Assembly (NCBI GenBank): GCA_964434115.1
Contig: CAYSSX010000009.1
Coordinates: forward strand, 19,992 to 83,991
DNA: 64,000 bases
Direction: 5' to 3'
Source: an uncultured bacterium
GTDB taxonomy: Bacteria > Omnitrophota > Omnitrophia > Omnitrophales > Aquincolibacteriaceae
The position numbers and the translations under genes are program-made. Within the stretch, counting starts at the first letter, position 1; every line of letters begins with the position of its first letter. Shown here one piece after another: positions 10,396 through 20,349 of this stretch. The notes beneath the pieces were generated by a model that made no database searches, was not told the origin of the DNA, and was given only the letters and a program-made list of their open reading frames with translations.

Positions 10396-12039
10396 ATGGC
10401 AAAACAACTTGTATTCTCGGAAGAAGCGAGACGGCGCCTGAAACGCGGCGTGGATATTCTCGCCAATACCGTTGGTGTAACGCTCGGACCGCGCGGAAGA
10501 AATGTCATTATCGACCGCAAGTTCGGCGCGCCGACAATCACCAAAGACGGCGTTTCTGTAGCCAAGGAAATCGAACTCAAGGACCCTTATGAAAACATGG
10601 GGGCCCAGATGGTTCGTGAAGTTTCTGAAAAGACTTCAGATGAAGCCGGCGATGGGACCACAACGGCTACAGTCCTTGCGCAGGCCATCATCAATGAAGG
10701 TTTGAAGAATGTCACCGCCGGGGCAAACCCCATGGCGCTCAAACGCGGCATTGATAAGGCAGCAGAAAAGGTTGTTGAAACCGTCAAGTCGCTTTCCAAA
10801 GCCGTCAAGAACAAGCAGGATATTGCAGCGGTCGGAAACATCAGCGCGAATTCCGACACCAGTATCGGCAACCTTCTTGCAGACGCCATTGATAAGGTCG
10901 GCAAAGACGGTGTGATCACGGTCGAAGAATCCAAAACACTCAAGACAGATCTTGAGCTTGTGGAGGGTATGCAGTTTGACCGCGGTTACATTTCCCCGTA
11001 TTTCGTCACGGATTCTGAGCGCATGGAAGTGCACTTCAAGAATCCCTACATTTTCCTTTATGAAAAGAAGATCAGCTCCATCAAGGACCTTGTGCCTGTG
11101 CTGGAAAAAGTGGCCCGTCTCGGCCGCCCTCTTCTGATCATCGCGGAAGATGTGGAAGCTGAAGCCCTTGCAACGCTTGTGGTCAACAAGATCCGCGGCA
11201 CGCTTCAGGTTGCGGCCGTGAAGGCCCCTGGTTTTGGAGACCGCCGCAAGGCCATGATGGAAGATATCGCCATCCTGACCAAAGGGCGCTTCATTTCCGA
11301 AGACCTCGGCATCAAGCTTGAAAATGTTGATACCGATGCCCTGGGTTCCGCCCAAAGCGTTGTGATCGATAAAGACAACACCACGATCATCGGCGGGGCC
11401 GGTTCTCAAAAGGACATTAAATCCCGCTGCGATCAAATTCGCGGCCAGCTTGAAAAGTCTGATTCCCAGTACGACCGTGAAAAATTCCAGGAACGCCTCG
11501 CGAAACTCGCGGGCGGCGTGGCCGTGATCAAGGTCGGAGCGGCGACGGAAATTGAAATGAAGGAAAAGAAGGCGCGCGTGGAAGACGCTCTTCATGCAAC
11601 GCGGGCCGCTGTTGAAGAAGGTATTGTCCCGGGCGGCGGTACAGCGCTTCTGCGCTCCATTGCCAGCCTGGCTTCGTTGAAGCTGAAGGGAGATGAGGCC
11701 ACGGGTGCGGATATTGTCCGCCGCGCTCTGGAAGAACCTGCCCGCCGCATCGCGAAGAATGCCGGCTTTGACGGTTCCGTCATCGTAAAAACCGTTTTGG
11801 AAAGCAAGGAAACCAGCTATGGTTTCAATGCCGACAAAGGGGATTTTGAAGATCTCGTGCAGTCCGGGATCATTGACCCTGCCAAGGTCGTGCGCACCGC
11901 GATCCAAAACGCGGCCAGCATTGCCGGTCTTTTCCTGACCACCGAATGCGTGGTTTCAGAAAAACCGAAGGATGAAGAGGAAGACGGCAAGAAAAAGAAA
12001 AAGCCGAGCTACGCTTCTTCCATGGGTGACGATTACTAG
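10396..12039 (+). CDS. groEL: Chaperonin GroEL, copy 2, with non-canonical charged C-terminal tail
   Basis: 547 aa with all GroEL motifs. C-terminus is [25 protein letters not shown] rather than GGM repeats. Confidence 0.95.
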   Translation: MAKQLVFSEEARRRLKRGVDILANTVGVTLGPRGRNVIIDRKFGAPTITKDGVSVAKEIELKDPYENMGAQMVREVSEKTSDEAGDGTTTATVLAQAIINEGLKNVTAGANPMALKRGIDKAAEKVVETVKSLSKAVKNKQDIAAVGNISANSDTSIGNLLADAIDKVGKDGVITVEESKTLKTDLELVEGMQFDRGYISPYFVTDSERMEVHFKNPYIFLYEKKISSIKDLVPVLEKVARLGRPLLIIAEDVEAEALATLVVNKIRGTLQVAAVKAPGFGDRRKAMMEDIAILTKGRFISEDLGIKLENVDTDALGSAQSVVIDKDNTTIIGGAGSQKDIKSRCDQIRGQLEKSDSQYDREKFQERLAKLAGGVAVIKVGAATEIEMKEKKARVEDALHATRAAVEEGIVPGGGTALLRSIASLASLKLKGDEATGADIVRRALEEPARRIAKNAGFDGSVIVKTVLESKETSYGFNADKGDFEDLVQSGIIDPAKVVRTAIQNAASIAGLFLTTECVVSEKPKDEEEDGKKKKKPSYASSMGDDY

Positions 12040-12063
12040 AATCGCATCTGACTTAAAGCAAAA

Positions 12064-12097
12064 GGCCCTTCCGGAATTCCGGAAGGGCCTTTTTTTT
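12064..12097 (+). terminator. Rho-independent terminator after groEL copy 2
   Basis: GGCCCTTCCGG-aatt-CCGGAAGGGCC stem-loop followed by T8. Confidence 0.85.
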
Positions 12098-12177
12098 GCT
12101 CTGTCAGATTGTGGAGCCGGTTCTATGCGTCCCCTGAAGCCCCAATGGCTTCAGGATTCTGGACACAACATGACGTT

Positions 12178-12558
12178 CTATCGGTCATAGCGGTCGCGGT
12201 GATGCCGGAAAAGATCGCTGGTTTCCTTGACGGACATAAACTCCGCGTAAGGAACCACGCGTTTTCTTCCGCGGGGAATTTTACTGCTGCGGCGAAGCGG
12301 GTGACGGACAAGCCCCCCCACTTTATAAAGCGTGGTTTTGCCTTTACTGTCCATGTCCGTATAAATTTCATTCAGCCGGACCCCTTTTTTCATGGAAAGG
12401 ACTTCGGCTACAAAGGTTCCCTGCTGGGAAATAAAGGCGATAAAATCCACTTCATGCCCGGACAGATTGGCATATTGGCCGCTGGAACGGATATGGCGCA
12501 GAACACCCGTGGTCACGTCCACGACCATAATCAGCCTTTCGTCATCTGCTTCTGTCAT
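12178..12558 (-). CDS. Small PD-(D/E)xK-fold nuclease-like protein (Hjc/YraN-like topology), function unknown
   Basis: About 126 aa from ATG at 12558 (RBS GAGGT). ER...G.V.R...SSG then VDFIAF ... FVAEVLSMKK parallels the Hjc/YraN motifs E..., D-l-I-A and E-V-K, although the lysine is displaced. The basic Arg/Lys-rich C-terminal tail is consistent with nucleic-acid binding. Confidence 0.45.
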   Translation of the reverse strand: MTEADDERLIMVVDVTTGVLRHIRSSGQYANLSGHEVDFIAFISQQGTFVAEVLSMKKGVRLNEIYTDMDSKGKTTLYKVGGLVRHPLRRSSKIPRGRKRVVPYAEFMSVKETSDLFRHHRDRYDR

Positions 12559-12657
12559 TTTGACCTCACACCCATTCAAATGAAGTTTTCATGTTTTGAA
12601 ATTATAATTTGCGTATACTATACAGGTTTTTAAAGCTTGTCCGTAGCCGAATTTATT

Positions 12658-13527
12658 ATGCCTCTAAAAAAATCCCGGAAAAGAGCCGTGAAAAAAAAGT
12701 TTAAATTCACACCCAAATTTGGGCTTCTTCTTTTTTTGATCCTCACCCTGGGCATTCTTGTGTTGAACCGGGAAAACATTTCAGCCTGGGGCGGACATTC
12801 GAAGCCCAAGAAAAAAGCCCCGGTGGTTGAGAAAAACAAAATCGTATTCGTTATCGATGACATCGGTTACCACCTCCAGGAGGAGGTCCGGCTTACCAAG
12901 CTGGGAGACAAGGTCACCTACGCAATTCTTCCCCTGCTCCCCTATTCAAAATATTTCGGCAATCTGAGCAAGAAAACCGGGGCTGAGGTCATTCTGCATA
13001 TGCCGCTTGAGGCCATGGACGGCACGATCCCCGGGCGGGGCTTGATCACCCGCGCCATGCCGGCCAAGGAAATCCTCAAAATGGTGGACACGGATTTAAA
13101 TTCCGTCCCCAATCACGTGGGCTCGAACAATCACATGGGGTCGCTGGGAACTTCCGACCCCGCGCTGATGAAAATCATTCTGGAAGACATCAAGCGGCGG
13201 AATCTTTTCTACTTGGACAGTTTCACTTCTTCGGATTCGGTGGTCGTTCCCGTTGCTCAGGAGCTCGGGGTCCCGGTGCTGAAGCGGGACGTTTTTCTTG
13301 ATAACATTGATGCCAAGCAGGCCATCCGCGATCAGATCAAGCAGCTTAAAAGCATTTCCCGTAAAAAAGGTTACGCCATCGGTATCGGCCATTACCGCGC
13401 CAACACCCTCGAAGTTCTAATTCAGGATATTCCGGTTATGGAGCAGGAGGGGTTTGAGATGATCTCTCTGCAGGAACTTCTCGATTATCTGGGCACCCGG
13501 AAATCTTCGCCCGCACACGCTGCCTAG
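12658..13527 (+). CDS. Divergent polysaccharide deacetylase family protein (YibQ-like), membrane anchored
   Basis: Basic N-terminus plus a TM helix, then IVFVIDDIGY ... ILPLLPYS ... HMPLEAMDG ... NHMGS, typical of the YibQ / divergent 4-His polysaccharide deacetylase family. The ORF track offers an alternative TTG start at 12637. Confidence 0.7.
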   Translation: MPLKKSRKRAVKKKFKFTPKFGLLLFLILTLGILVLNRENISAWGGHSKPKKKAPVVEKNKIVFVIDDIGYHLQEEVRLTKLGDKVTYAILPLLPYSKYFGNLSKKTGAEVILHMPLEAMDGTIPGRGLITRAMPAKEILKMVDTDLNSVPNHVGSNNHMGSLGTSDPALMKIILEDIKRRNLFYLDSFTSSDSVVVPVAQELGVPVLKRDVFLDNIDAKQAIRDQIKQLKSISRKKGYAIGIGHYRANTLEVLIQDIPVMEQEGFEMISLQELLDYLGTRKSSPAHAA

Positions 13528-15317
13528 GACTTCCGGGTTTTCTTTACGGCCGTCCGGCGCACGGATTTCTTTTTCGGTTTCGTTTTTTCCTCAAGAACAT
13601 CCGCAGGCTTTACTGAAACGCACGTTAAGAGATGGATTTCCATGCTTTTCTCTGGGTTCAGCCGGGACATCTGCTCCTGAATCCTCTGAAAAACAATTCC
13701 CCAAAAAGGCATCAGCAGAACGCGTTCCTCCGCGCTCATCCACTCATCCATGAATTTCTGTTTCAGATCCGCTTTAAGAAAACGGCCTGCGGCGCGGTCT
13801 TCAAACCCCAGCTTTAAAAAGGCTTCAACCTCCGGACGGGTGAGGCGGTCCGACTTTCCCTTCCCTGAAAGCACAAAACGCACCCAGAGGTTTCCGCAAA
13901 GCGTCAAAAGAGTTTCTTCCGCGCCGCCTAATCCGGAGCCCCGCAGGATGCGCGAAAAAAGACCCGGGACCCGCTGGTTCAGGAGGCCATGAAGGCATTC
14001 CATCTGTTCCAGCGCCAGAGACGCGCGCTGAACATCCTGACGGCTTCGGAACTGCCGGTGGTGATAGACGTTTTCGGTAACCGCTTCGTCGTAGCAAAGC
14101 GGAAAGGGCTGAGCCAATCCGCGCAGAATAAATTCATACGGCGATTCCAAAAAGGTGAAGAAAATTTCCGCGTCCCCTTTCCAGTAATCGGCCAGAAGCC
14201 ACTCCACACGTTTTCTCATCGGGTCAAGGACTCCAAACCCAAAACGGAAAATCGCTTCCAGCCAGCGTTCCTTTACAAGCTTAAGGCCTTGCTGAATGTC
14301 CCCCTCGCTTAAAATTTCAAGACCCAGGCTGACTAAAGCCCGCGCGCGGTCCACCGCATTCCTGACTTTTTCTTCGGACGTAAAATCCATGCCGTTGCAA
14401 ACCACAATCTTGTTAGACAGCCAGGCCAGTTCTTCATACACGCCTTCACGGATTGACGGTTCTTCTTCCGCAAGCGCAATCAGCACATCGTCGAGAAAAA
14501 TCTTCGAGAGGTTCCAAATCACGGGGTAACGCGGCTGGGGAGACGCATGCTCCCGGGCTTCGGCGAGTTTTTCTTTTAACGGGAATTTGAAAAACTCTTC
14601 CCGGCTGAGCGGCGTGTACGCGCGCATGGCTGTTTCAAAATCGGGAAAACCACGGTCGGTCAAACGGATTTCACGGTTGCGGTAGGCGGCCTCTTCCATT
14701 TCATATTCCATTTCACCAAGAATGCCTTCAAGCAGGGCGAAATAACGGGGGCGGTCGTTCTCAAAAAGAATCTCAAGCGCGCGCTTGACCGTTTCAAGGC
14801 TTTCTTCCTCCACCAGGATGTAATACATGCGGTCGAGGGTGAAGTACGGCTGGTCTCCCACGATATCATCCACCACCGTTTCCCAATCAGGCTTTAGAAC
14901 CCGGGCGAATTTTTGAAAGCCCGCGATAATGGTTTCATAATCCGATTTATGAATCCAGCGCAGCAGCACCGCGTCATCGGCGGCGAGAAGCGTTCCAAGC
15001 CAGCGGACAAACTGCCCAGGCTCAATCTGGTCGCGCTCCCAGCAGTCCATATCCGCAAGGAAAGAAAGCTGGTCCACGCTGGCATAGCGCAGGATTTCGG
15101 CTTTCTCATCAAGATCCACTTCGCGGGTCATCAAGTACAGCTCTTCGCTCGACAGCCCCCGGGTCAAACGCCCCGGTTCATGGGCAAGCAGAATGAGCTC
15201 GCTTTTTTCAGTCAGCGGAGTCTCGGAGAAAATTTTGACCTGATCTTCCGGGGTAAGGGCTTCAAACTCTTCGCGGTTCATGGTGGGTATTTTACTGGGT
15301 GGATGCCCCGGTTGCAC
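13524..15317 (-). CDS. Large acidic conserved hypothetical protein (597 aa) with Lys-rich C-terminal tail
   Basis: Long uninterrupted ORF with no nucleotide-binding or catalytic motif that I recognise. The C-terminus is KTKPKKKSVRRTAVKKTRKS. It overlaps the YibQ-like stop convergently by 4 nt. GTG start at 15317 or ATG at 15281. Confidence 0.75.
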   Translation of the reverse strand: MQPGHPPSKIPTMNREEFEALTPEDQVKIFSETPLTEKSELILLAHEPGRLTRGLSSEELYLMTREVDLDEKAEILRYASVDQLSFLADMDCWERDQIEPGQFVRWLGTLLAADDAVLLRWIHKSDYETIIAGFQKFARVLKPDWETVVDDIVGDQPYFTLDRMYYILVEEESLETVKRALEILFENDRPRYFALLEGILGEMEYEMEEAAYRNREIRLTDRGFPDFETAMRAYTPLSREEFFKFPLKEKLAEAREHASPQPRYPVIWNLSKIFLDDVLIALAEEEPSIREGVYEELAWLSNKIVVCNGMDFTSEEKVRNAVDRARALVSLGLEILSEGDIQQGLKLVKERWLEAIFRFGFGVLDPMRKRVEWLLADYWKGDAEIFFTFLESPYEFILRGLAQPFPLCYDEAVTENVYHHRQFRSRQDVQRASLALEQMECLHGLLNQRVPGLFSRILRGSGLGGAEETLLTLCGNLWVRFVLSGKGKSDRLTRPEVEAFLKLGFEDRAAGRFLKADLKQKFMDEWMSAEERVLLMPFWGIVFQRIQEQMSRLNPEKSMEIHLLTCVSVKPADVLEEKTKPKKKSVRRTAVKKTRKS

Positions 15318-15331
15318 TTGGGTTTTTAAAT

Positions 15332-15362
15332 AAAAAGGGCGCTCATCTGAGCGCCCTTTTTT
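15332..15362 (-). terminator. Intrinsic terminator (bidirectional hairpin) downstream of yaeQ-like gene
   Basis: GGGCGCTCA-tc-TGAGCGCCC hairpin flanked by A5 and T6 runs. Confidence 0.75.
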
Positions 15363-15534
15363 GCCGTCCCTGTTGGAGATTCCTGTTCAGGAAGTTCCAA
15401 AGAGTTAATGCGCCTAAAAGGTACCCGGTAAACGGCTTTTTTTCAAGGGGTGATTCTAATATTTTTTAATATCTCTGATCCCCTTATTCATAGCGGGTTT
15501 GGCGTTATTAAAAGGGGTTTAAAAAGAGGTTTTG

Positions 15535-16050
15535 CTAACGGTGGAGATGGGTCTCAAAAACCCCGTCATTAAGGGCAAGCCCGATCACACCTTCCATAAC
15601 GGGGTACATTACGACCTGATTCGTCCGCTCCAACGCCTCCGCAATCCCAGGCACAAAACCATCATCAAAAGCCACGTACTCAATCCGCGACTCATCTTCG
15701 ACTTTCTTCTCAATCAGCTTTTTGAACTGATAAAGCTCGCGGTGGGTCTCTTTCATAAAAATAATCCGGGACCGTTTAAGTTTTTTGGCCAGGCTCTGAA
15801 CCTTGAGCGTGGTGACTTGCCCGCAGTCGATCCAGATATCCGGAACCTGCTCTCCCGGCTGCAGAAGCACCAGGTCAGGCTTGTAATGCATCCCGATATC
15901 GACTTCGACCTTCAACTCGGGGTCATAAAAAAGCATATAGGCCAAAAGCTTCAGCACCACGTGTTCGCGCCGTTCACTCACGGCTTTGACCAGAATCAGT
16001 TTCTTCTTGGTCTTTGCAAGCTGGATTTCAAAACTAAACTTCTCAATCAT
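15535..16050 (-). CDS. yaeQ: YaeQ family protein (predicted restriction-endonuclease-like fold)
   Basis: 171 aa. VLKLLAYMLFYDP and IWIDCGQ correspond to the YaeQ MMVRLLAFALH and WIEVGQP regions, and the length fits the family. Confidence 0.55.
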   Translation of the reverse strand: MIEKFSFEIQLAKTKKKLILVKAVSERREHVVLKLLAYMLFYDPELKVEVDIGMHYKPDLVLLQPGEQVPDIWIDCGQVTTLKVQSLAKKLKRSRIIFMKETHRELYQFKKLIEKKVEDESRIEYVAFDDGFVPGIAEALERTNQVVMYPVMEGVIGLALNDGVFETHLHR

Positions 16051-16149
16051 GCCTGCCTCGCGTCACCTTGGTTAACCCTGAAGAATTTTGTAAGCATACG
16101 GGGGTTTTGCGGTACCGACAAGGTTTTTGTCTGCCCGTGCAGCATCCGG

Positions 16150-16178
16150 TTGACATCCCTTTCTTTATTGCCTATCCT
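16150..16178 (+). promoter_or_regulatory. Sigma-70-type promoter of the glycosyltransferase operon (TTGACA-N17-TATCCT)
   Basis: Perfect -35 hexamer with a 17-nt spacer and a plausible -10, about 50 nt upstream of ATG 16228. Confidence 0.5.
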
Positions 16179-16227
16179 GAGTTTCAATTTTCGCGGCCAC
16201 CCCTTCCGGCTGGAGAGATTACACGGA

Positions 16228-17025
16228 ATGTCGACCTTCCAGGATCCTGTAAAAAAAGAATGCCCTCTCGCAATCCTTACGCTGTTTAGCGGTCAGCAGT
16301 CTTTACTGGACCCTTTTTTTGAAGCTTTAAACCGACTCGAAAAACCCTCTGGGACAGAATTCTTTGCGGTGGACAACAGCCGTGATGAGGCCTTTCACCG
16401 GGAACTCTTGAAGCACCACCCCAGCCCTGTCCGCTTTCATCCGCAGCTGTCCCTTTATTCCGGCTCCCCTTATTCCAGAGAATCTCAAATCCGGAAAGCG
16501 GAGCACTGCGCAATGTTGTACGCCTTTTCAAAGGCCTTCATCAAAAGCAGGGACCTCTTGATTCTGGAGCACGACATTCTGCCTCCCGCAAATGCCCTTG
16601 TGCGTCTTCAGGAAACCCGCGTCCGAAAAAAAGCTGACTTTGTTTCCGGCACCGTGATCTCAAGAATCACAGCCCAGTTTTTAGCCTGGCGGATCAGCGG
16701 GGGAAATTTCGAAAACTGGCCAAGGCATGTCTGGATTTCAAGAAGTCCCAAAAGGGTCATGGCCACGGGCTTCGGCTTTCTCCTGCTCCGGAATGAACTC
16801 TTTCAAAAGATGCCCCTTGAAGCAAAAAAAATCTCCCGCCCTTTTTGGGGATGCGACCTCAATGCCGGGGCTTGGGCTTATGAACAGGGGCTGCGGTGGT
16901 TTATCGATGGGCGGGTTCGCTGCAAACACATAGGCTCGGATTTACAGCCGGCCGAGCTCGGAAGCTTTTCCAGCGTTAAGGCCGGCGCCATGCTCAATCT
17001 TCAAAAGAGCGTGCACCGCCTATGA
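16228..17025 (+). CDS. GT-associated protein, paralogous to the inter-domain region of the downstream 1083-aa glycosyltransferase
   Basis: In-frame ATG with GGAGAG RBS. The upstream part of the 497-aa track ORF overlaps yaeQ antisense and is low-complexity, so it is rejected. CDLNAGAWAYEQGLRWFIDG resembles ELCLGAYAHKKGFRWFTGG of the next gene. The stop overlaps the next start (ATGA). Confidence 0.6.
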   Translation: MSTFQDPVKKECPLAILTLFSGQQSLLDPFFEALNRLEKPSGTEFFAVDNSRDEAFHRELLKHHPSPVRFHPQLSLYSGSPYSRESQIRKAEHCAMLYAFSKAFIKSRDLLILEHDILPPANALVRLQETRVRKKADFVSGTVISRITAQFLAWRISGGNFENWPRHVWISRSPKRVMATGFGFLLLRNELFQKMPLEAKKISRPFWGCDLNAGAWAYEQGLRWFIDGRVRCKHIGSDLQPAELGSFSSVKAGAMLNLQKSVHRL

Positions 17026-20000
17026 TTTCCGCGTCTTCTATAAAAGGAACTGCGGTCATTGTCACATGCCGCAATTACGGCCGGTATCTCGCTCAATGCC
17101 TGGAAAGTCTCTTCATTCAAACCGTTCCTTTTGATGACATTCTGGTTGTGGATGACGGCTCCACGGATGCCACCGCCGAGGTATGCTGGCGCTACGCTTC
17201 GCAGGGGGTTCGTTATGAACGCACCGATTTAGGCGAGCAGAATGCCGCCCGCAATCACGGCCTTCTGAAAACCCGTCATGAGTTTGTTGTTTTCGTGGAT
17301 GCCGATGACTGGCTCGCCCACAACTACCATGAAAAAATGCGTGCGGCGCTTGAAAAAACACAGGCCGGGTTTGCTTACTGCGGCGCTCACGTCATTAGAG
17401 ACGGTGCTGCCGGCGAGTGGTTTCCCGGAAGAATGCACCCGATGAGGCCTTTTGATTTTTATGACCTCTGGCGGGCAAACACCATCCTGCTTCCCGTGAT
17501 GCTGCGTAGAAGCGCCTGGCCTTCCCGTCTTGCCTCCCTCGGCTTTGAAGGTCCGGACGGCAAACGGTTTGGAGAAGACTGGGCTTTGTGGCTTTCGATT
17601 CTTCACAGGGGATGGAACGCCATTCAGGTTCCCGAAAGGCTGTCCTTTTACCGCTTTCACTCAGGCAACACGTCACGGACCGTCGTTTCAAACCGGCCGC
17701 TGGAGGCCGCGGCCAAATGGGGTGTCCGCAAACAGTTTCTGGTTTATGACCTGTCCGTGATTCTTTTGATGAGTGATGATTCCCGCTTGAATGCCGAAAT
17801 GCTGGATTCCATCACGCAATCGGAGCTTCCTGGGCACACTCAAATTTTTACGGTTTACAGCTCACCCGGGCCTCACCCTTCAAAATGGGGACGCCATTGG
17901 CTTCACCCTCTCTTCTGCCCCCTGCCGGAGGCTTCGCCGGTCCGCGACACATGGCTGCGCGAGGCTCTGGAATCGGCCCGCCGCTGTGCCCGCGGAAAAG
18001 AAATCCTCGTCGTTATAAAAATTCCTCTGCCCGCCAATAGTTTGACACGTTTCTTGACGGAAAAATTATCCACGCGAGCGGATTTCTTTTCGGCCCGGAT
18101 CTCGTCTGGCCACCCCAGCTCCGTCATGGCTTGGCGGGCAGTCAAAGGGAATCCTGAAAAAGGCGCTTACTCTGTGCCGGTGATCCGTCGTCCGCGGCGA
18201 GTTTTTGCCGCGGCCCTGGATTTAGTTTTGATCAGCGCGGAAGCCTTTCACGATCCTGATCTTTTCTCCTGCGCGGGGCAGAAAACATCTTATAGCCCTC
18301 TGGAGTTGTGTTTAGGCGCTTATGCGCACAAAAAAGGGTTCCGCTGGTTCACCGGAGGCAGCCTGCGGGCCAGAAGATTTCAAGAAATAACGGCGCCTGA
18401 AAAAATGAAACGGCTCCGCGAATTCTCGGATTGGCCAAAGGTTTCCCTTGTGATTCCTGTCTTGAACGGAGAAAAAACACTTCCCGATTTATTGCGAAGT
18501 CTGGAATACCTTGATTACCCTAAGGAACTCTTGGAAGTCCTGGTTGTGGATAATGGCTCCTCGGACAACACGGCGGCCATCGCCCAATCTTACCAAGGGG
18601 TCCGTTTTTTCCGGGAACCGCGGAAAGGATCCTACGCGGCCCGCAACCGGGGGATCAAAGAAAGCATTCATGACTTCATCGCTTTCGTGGATTCAGACTG
18701 TACCGTCACCCCTCCATGGCTCAAAGAGCTCACCGCCGCGATCACTGCGGATGCTGCCTGTGGAGCTGTTGCCGGCGACAATTTTTCCATCCGTCCGGAA
18801 AGCCGCCTTTCACAAATAGAAAGGGCTGCCGGGTTGTTCCGGAATTACCGCGGCTCCTCCCGGATGCCCGCCTATGCAATCACGATGAATGCCCTTTACC
18901 GGCGGAGCGTTTTTAAAGACGTGGGGATGTTTGACGAATCCGTATTTTCGGGAGCTGACACCGAAATGTGCTGGCGCATGCAGGCTCAGAGCTCCTGGAA
19001 ACTTCTTATCTTAAACCGGAAAGCCTGGGTGACTCACAAAGATCCTGTAAGTCTGGTCTCTCTTGCTCGGCGCTATTGGCGCATTGGAGGCGGCCATGAA
19101 GCCCTGTTCAACAAATACCCCGGATATGTGAATTCTCTTTATTTCTGGATGCCGGGGAGTTTCCCGGAGGTTTTTTTACAGTCTCTGAAAAATCTCACCG
19201 TGGGTTTTCTTTTCAACAAATCAAAACTGTCTTCCCTGGAAATTTTTTTATCCGCATTTCGCAGCCTTGTTCTCAAGGCAAGCGTGATTTATCACACACG
19301 GATCCGTGAGAAAAAAAATGCCTCCCGCGTTCCCTCGGCAATCCAAATCTATCTGAGCCGGGAGCCTCTTACGCCCGCAGGTAAAAGATTCTGCCATCTC
19401 GCGGATAAGGCCTCGGAGGCCTCTCCTTGCATCCATGCCGACTTTGTTCAGGACTCCCGTTACAACAAAATCGTGCTTCTGAGCTTCCTGACGGGGGCTA
19501 CAACCCTTTGGAGATGGCCGCATAATTTATTTTCAACCGGGATCTGGAGAATTCCGGGATTGAGCGCGGAACAAAATCTCCGCTTTCATGCCGGAAGAAT
19601 TTTAAAAAGCCTCCGGGCCTCTAAAGAAACTCCCGTTGAGTTATCCGGAGATCTCGATTTTGAATCGCTGAAAAGCTGGCAGCGGGCTTTAGGCATCGCA
19701 AGAACACGGCTCACACCCAAAAACACTTTTCTGGGTGCCGCAGCGGTTTCTTTTCCCGCTGCGGGCTGCGTCGTAACGCAAAGCGCCGGGATTTTGGACG
19801 CACTATTCTACAGGGATTTATCGCTCCATTCTTTATGGCCCATCGTCATTGCCGGTGTTTTCTCTCCCTCTGAAAGAGAAGCTCTGGAGGCTTTGACCTG
19901 GAACGCGTCCAATCTTTTCATCCTGAACACAAGGACTCAGGAAGAGGCTCGGGCTCTGGGGCAAGCGAAACTCGCGATCAACATTTTCGCCTGGCGCGAA

Positions 20001-20273
20001 CACCTTCCAAAATCCTGTGACGTCTTTGAAGCTGCAGACAAAGCAGCGCGGCTCCCACAGATCCATATTGAACCCAACGCTTACCGCGTGGAGGAAGGCG
20101 GCCGCTTTTTACAGTTTCAAAACAAGGAGGAGGCCATGCGCTGGATTTTGGCATGGCAAAAATTCCCGGGATGGGATTGGACACTTTTTTGGCGTGGTCA
20201 TCAATCTCCCGGAAGCGCCCCCGAATCCGAACCGCTCCCCCAAAACCCTCTCTCCCTGGACCCCTCCTCTTAA
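17022..20273 (+). CDS. Multidomain glycosyltransferase with two GT2 (GT-A) domains plus two uncharacterised domains
   Basis: GT2 domain 1 is at residues 1-230 (AVIVTCRNYGRYL...VVDDGSTD...FVDADDW). GT2 domain 2 is at about 470-700 (SLVIPVLNGEKTL...VVDNGSSD...FVDSDCTV). The linker domain is paralogous to the upstream gene. The roughly 380-aa C-terminal domain is unknown. Confidence 0.85.
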   Translation: MISASSIKGTAVIVTCRNYGRYLAQCLESLFIQTVPFDDILVVDDGSTDATAEVCWRYASQGVRYERTDLGEQNAARNHGLLKTRHEFVVFVDADDWLAHNYHEKMRAALEKTQAGFAYCGAHVIRDGAAGEWFPGRMHPMRPFDFYDLWRANTILLPVMLRRSAWPSRLASLGFEGPDGKRFGEDWALWLSILHRGWNAIQVPERLSFYRFHSGNTSRTVVSNRPLEAAAKWGVRKQFLVYDLSVILLMSDDSRLNAEMLDSITQSELPGHTQIFTVYSSPGPHPSKWGRHWLHPLFCPLPEASPVRDTWLREALESARRCARGKEILVVIKIPLPANSLTRFLTEKLSTRADFFSARISSGHPSSVMAWRAVKGNPEKGAYSVPVIRRPRRVFAAALDLVLISAEAFHDPDLFSCAGQKTSYSPLELCLGAYAHKKGFRWFTGGSLRARRFQEITAPEKMKRLREFSDWPKVSLVIPVLNGEKTLPDLLRSLEYLDYPKELLEVLVVDNGSSDNTAAIAQSYQGVRFFREPRKGSYAARNRGIKESIHDFIAFVDSDCTVTPPWLKELTAAITADAACGAVAGDNFSIRPESRLSQIERAAGLFRNYRGSSRMPAYAITMNALYRRSVFKDVGMFDESVFSGADTEMCWRMQAQSSWKLLILNRKAWVTHKDPVSLVSLARRYWRIGGGHEALFNKYPGYVNSLYFWMPGSFPEVFLQSLKNLTVGFLFNKSKLSSLEIFLSAFRSLVLKASVIYHTRIREKKNASRVPSAIQIYLSREPLTPAGKRFCHLADKASEASPCIHADFVQDSRYNKIVLLSFLTGATTLWRWPHNLFSTGIWRIPGLSAEQNLRFHAGRILKSLRASKETPVELSGDLDFESLKSWQRALGIARTRLTPKNTFLGAAAVSFPAAGCVVTQSAGILDALFYRDLSLHSLWPIVIAGVFSPSEREALEALTWNASNLFILNTRTQEEARALGQAKLAINIFAWREHLPKSCDVFEAADKAARLPQIHIEPNAYRVEEGGRFLQFQNKEEAMRWILAWQKFPGWDWTLFWRGHQSPGSAPESEPLPQNPLSLDPSS

Positions 20274-20349
20274 CCTGTCTTGACGCAGACTGGAATTTGA
20301 CTTAAAGTTAAAGCCCATACCAAGGGCTTGTCCCGGAAAAACCTTCCCT

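Noticed and set aside
10636-11907. 423-aa minus-strand ORF
   Set aside because: Entirely antisense to groEL copy 2. It is Arg/Gly-rich low complexity typical of high-GC antisense frames. Similar antisense ORFs at 8546..8974, 2278..3012, 22847..23209 and 23855..24436 were rejected for the same reason.
15532-16227. 5' two-thirds of the 497-aa plus-strand track ORF
   Set aside because: It runs antisense through the YaeQ-like gene and is low-complexity. The real gene most likely begins at the in-frame ATG at 16228, which has an RBS and sits downstream of a TTGACA-N17-TATCCT promoter.
20211-20240. tRNA T-loop-like GGTTCGGATTC on the minus strand
   Set aside because: It lies inside the glycosyltransferase coding sequence. 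The flanking arms are not complementary, so there is no cloverleaf.
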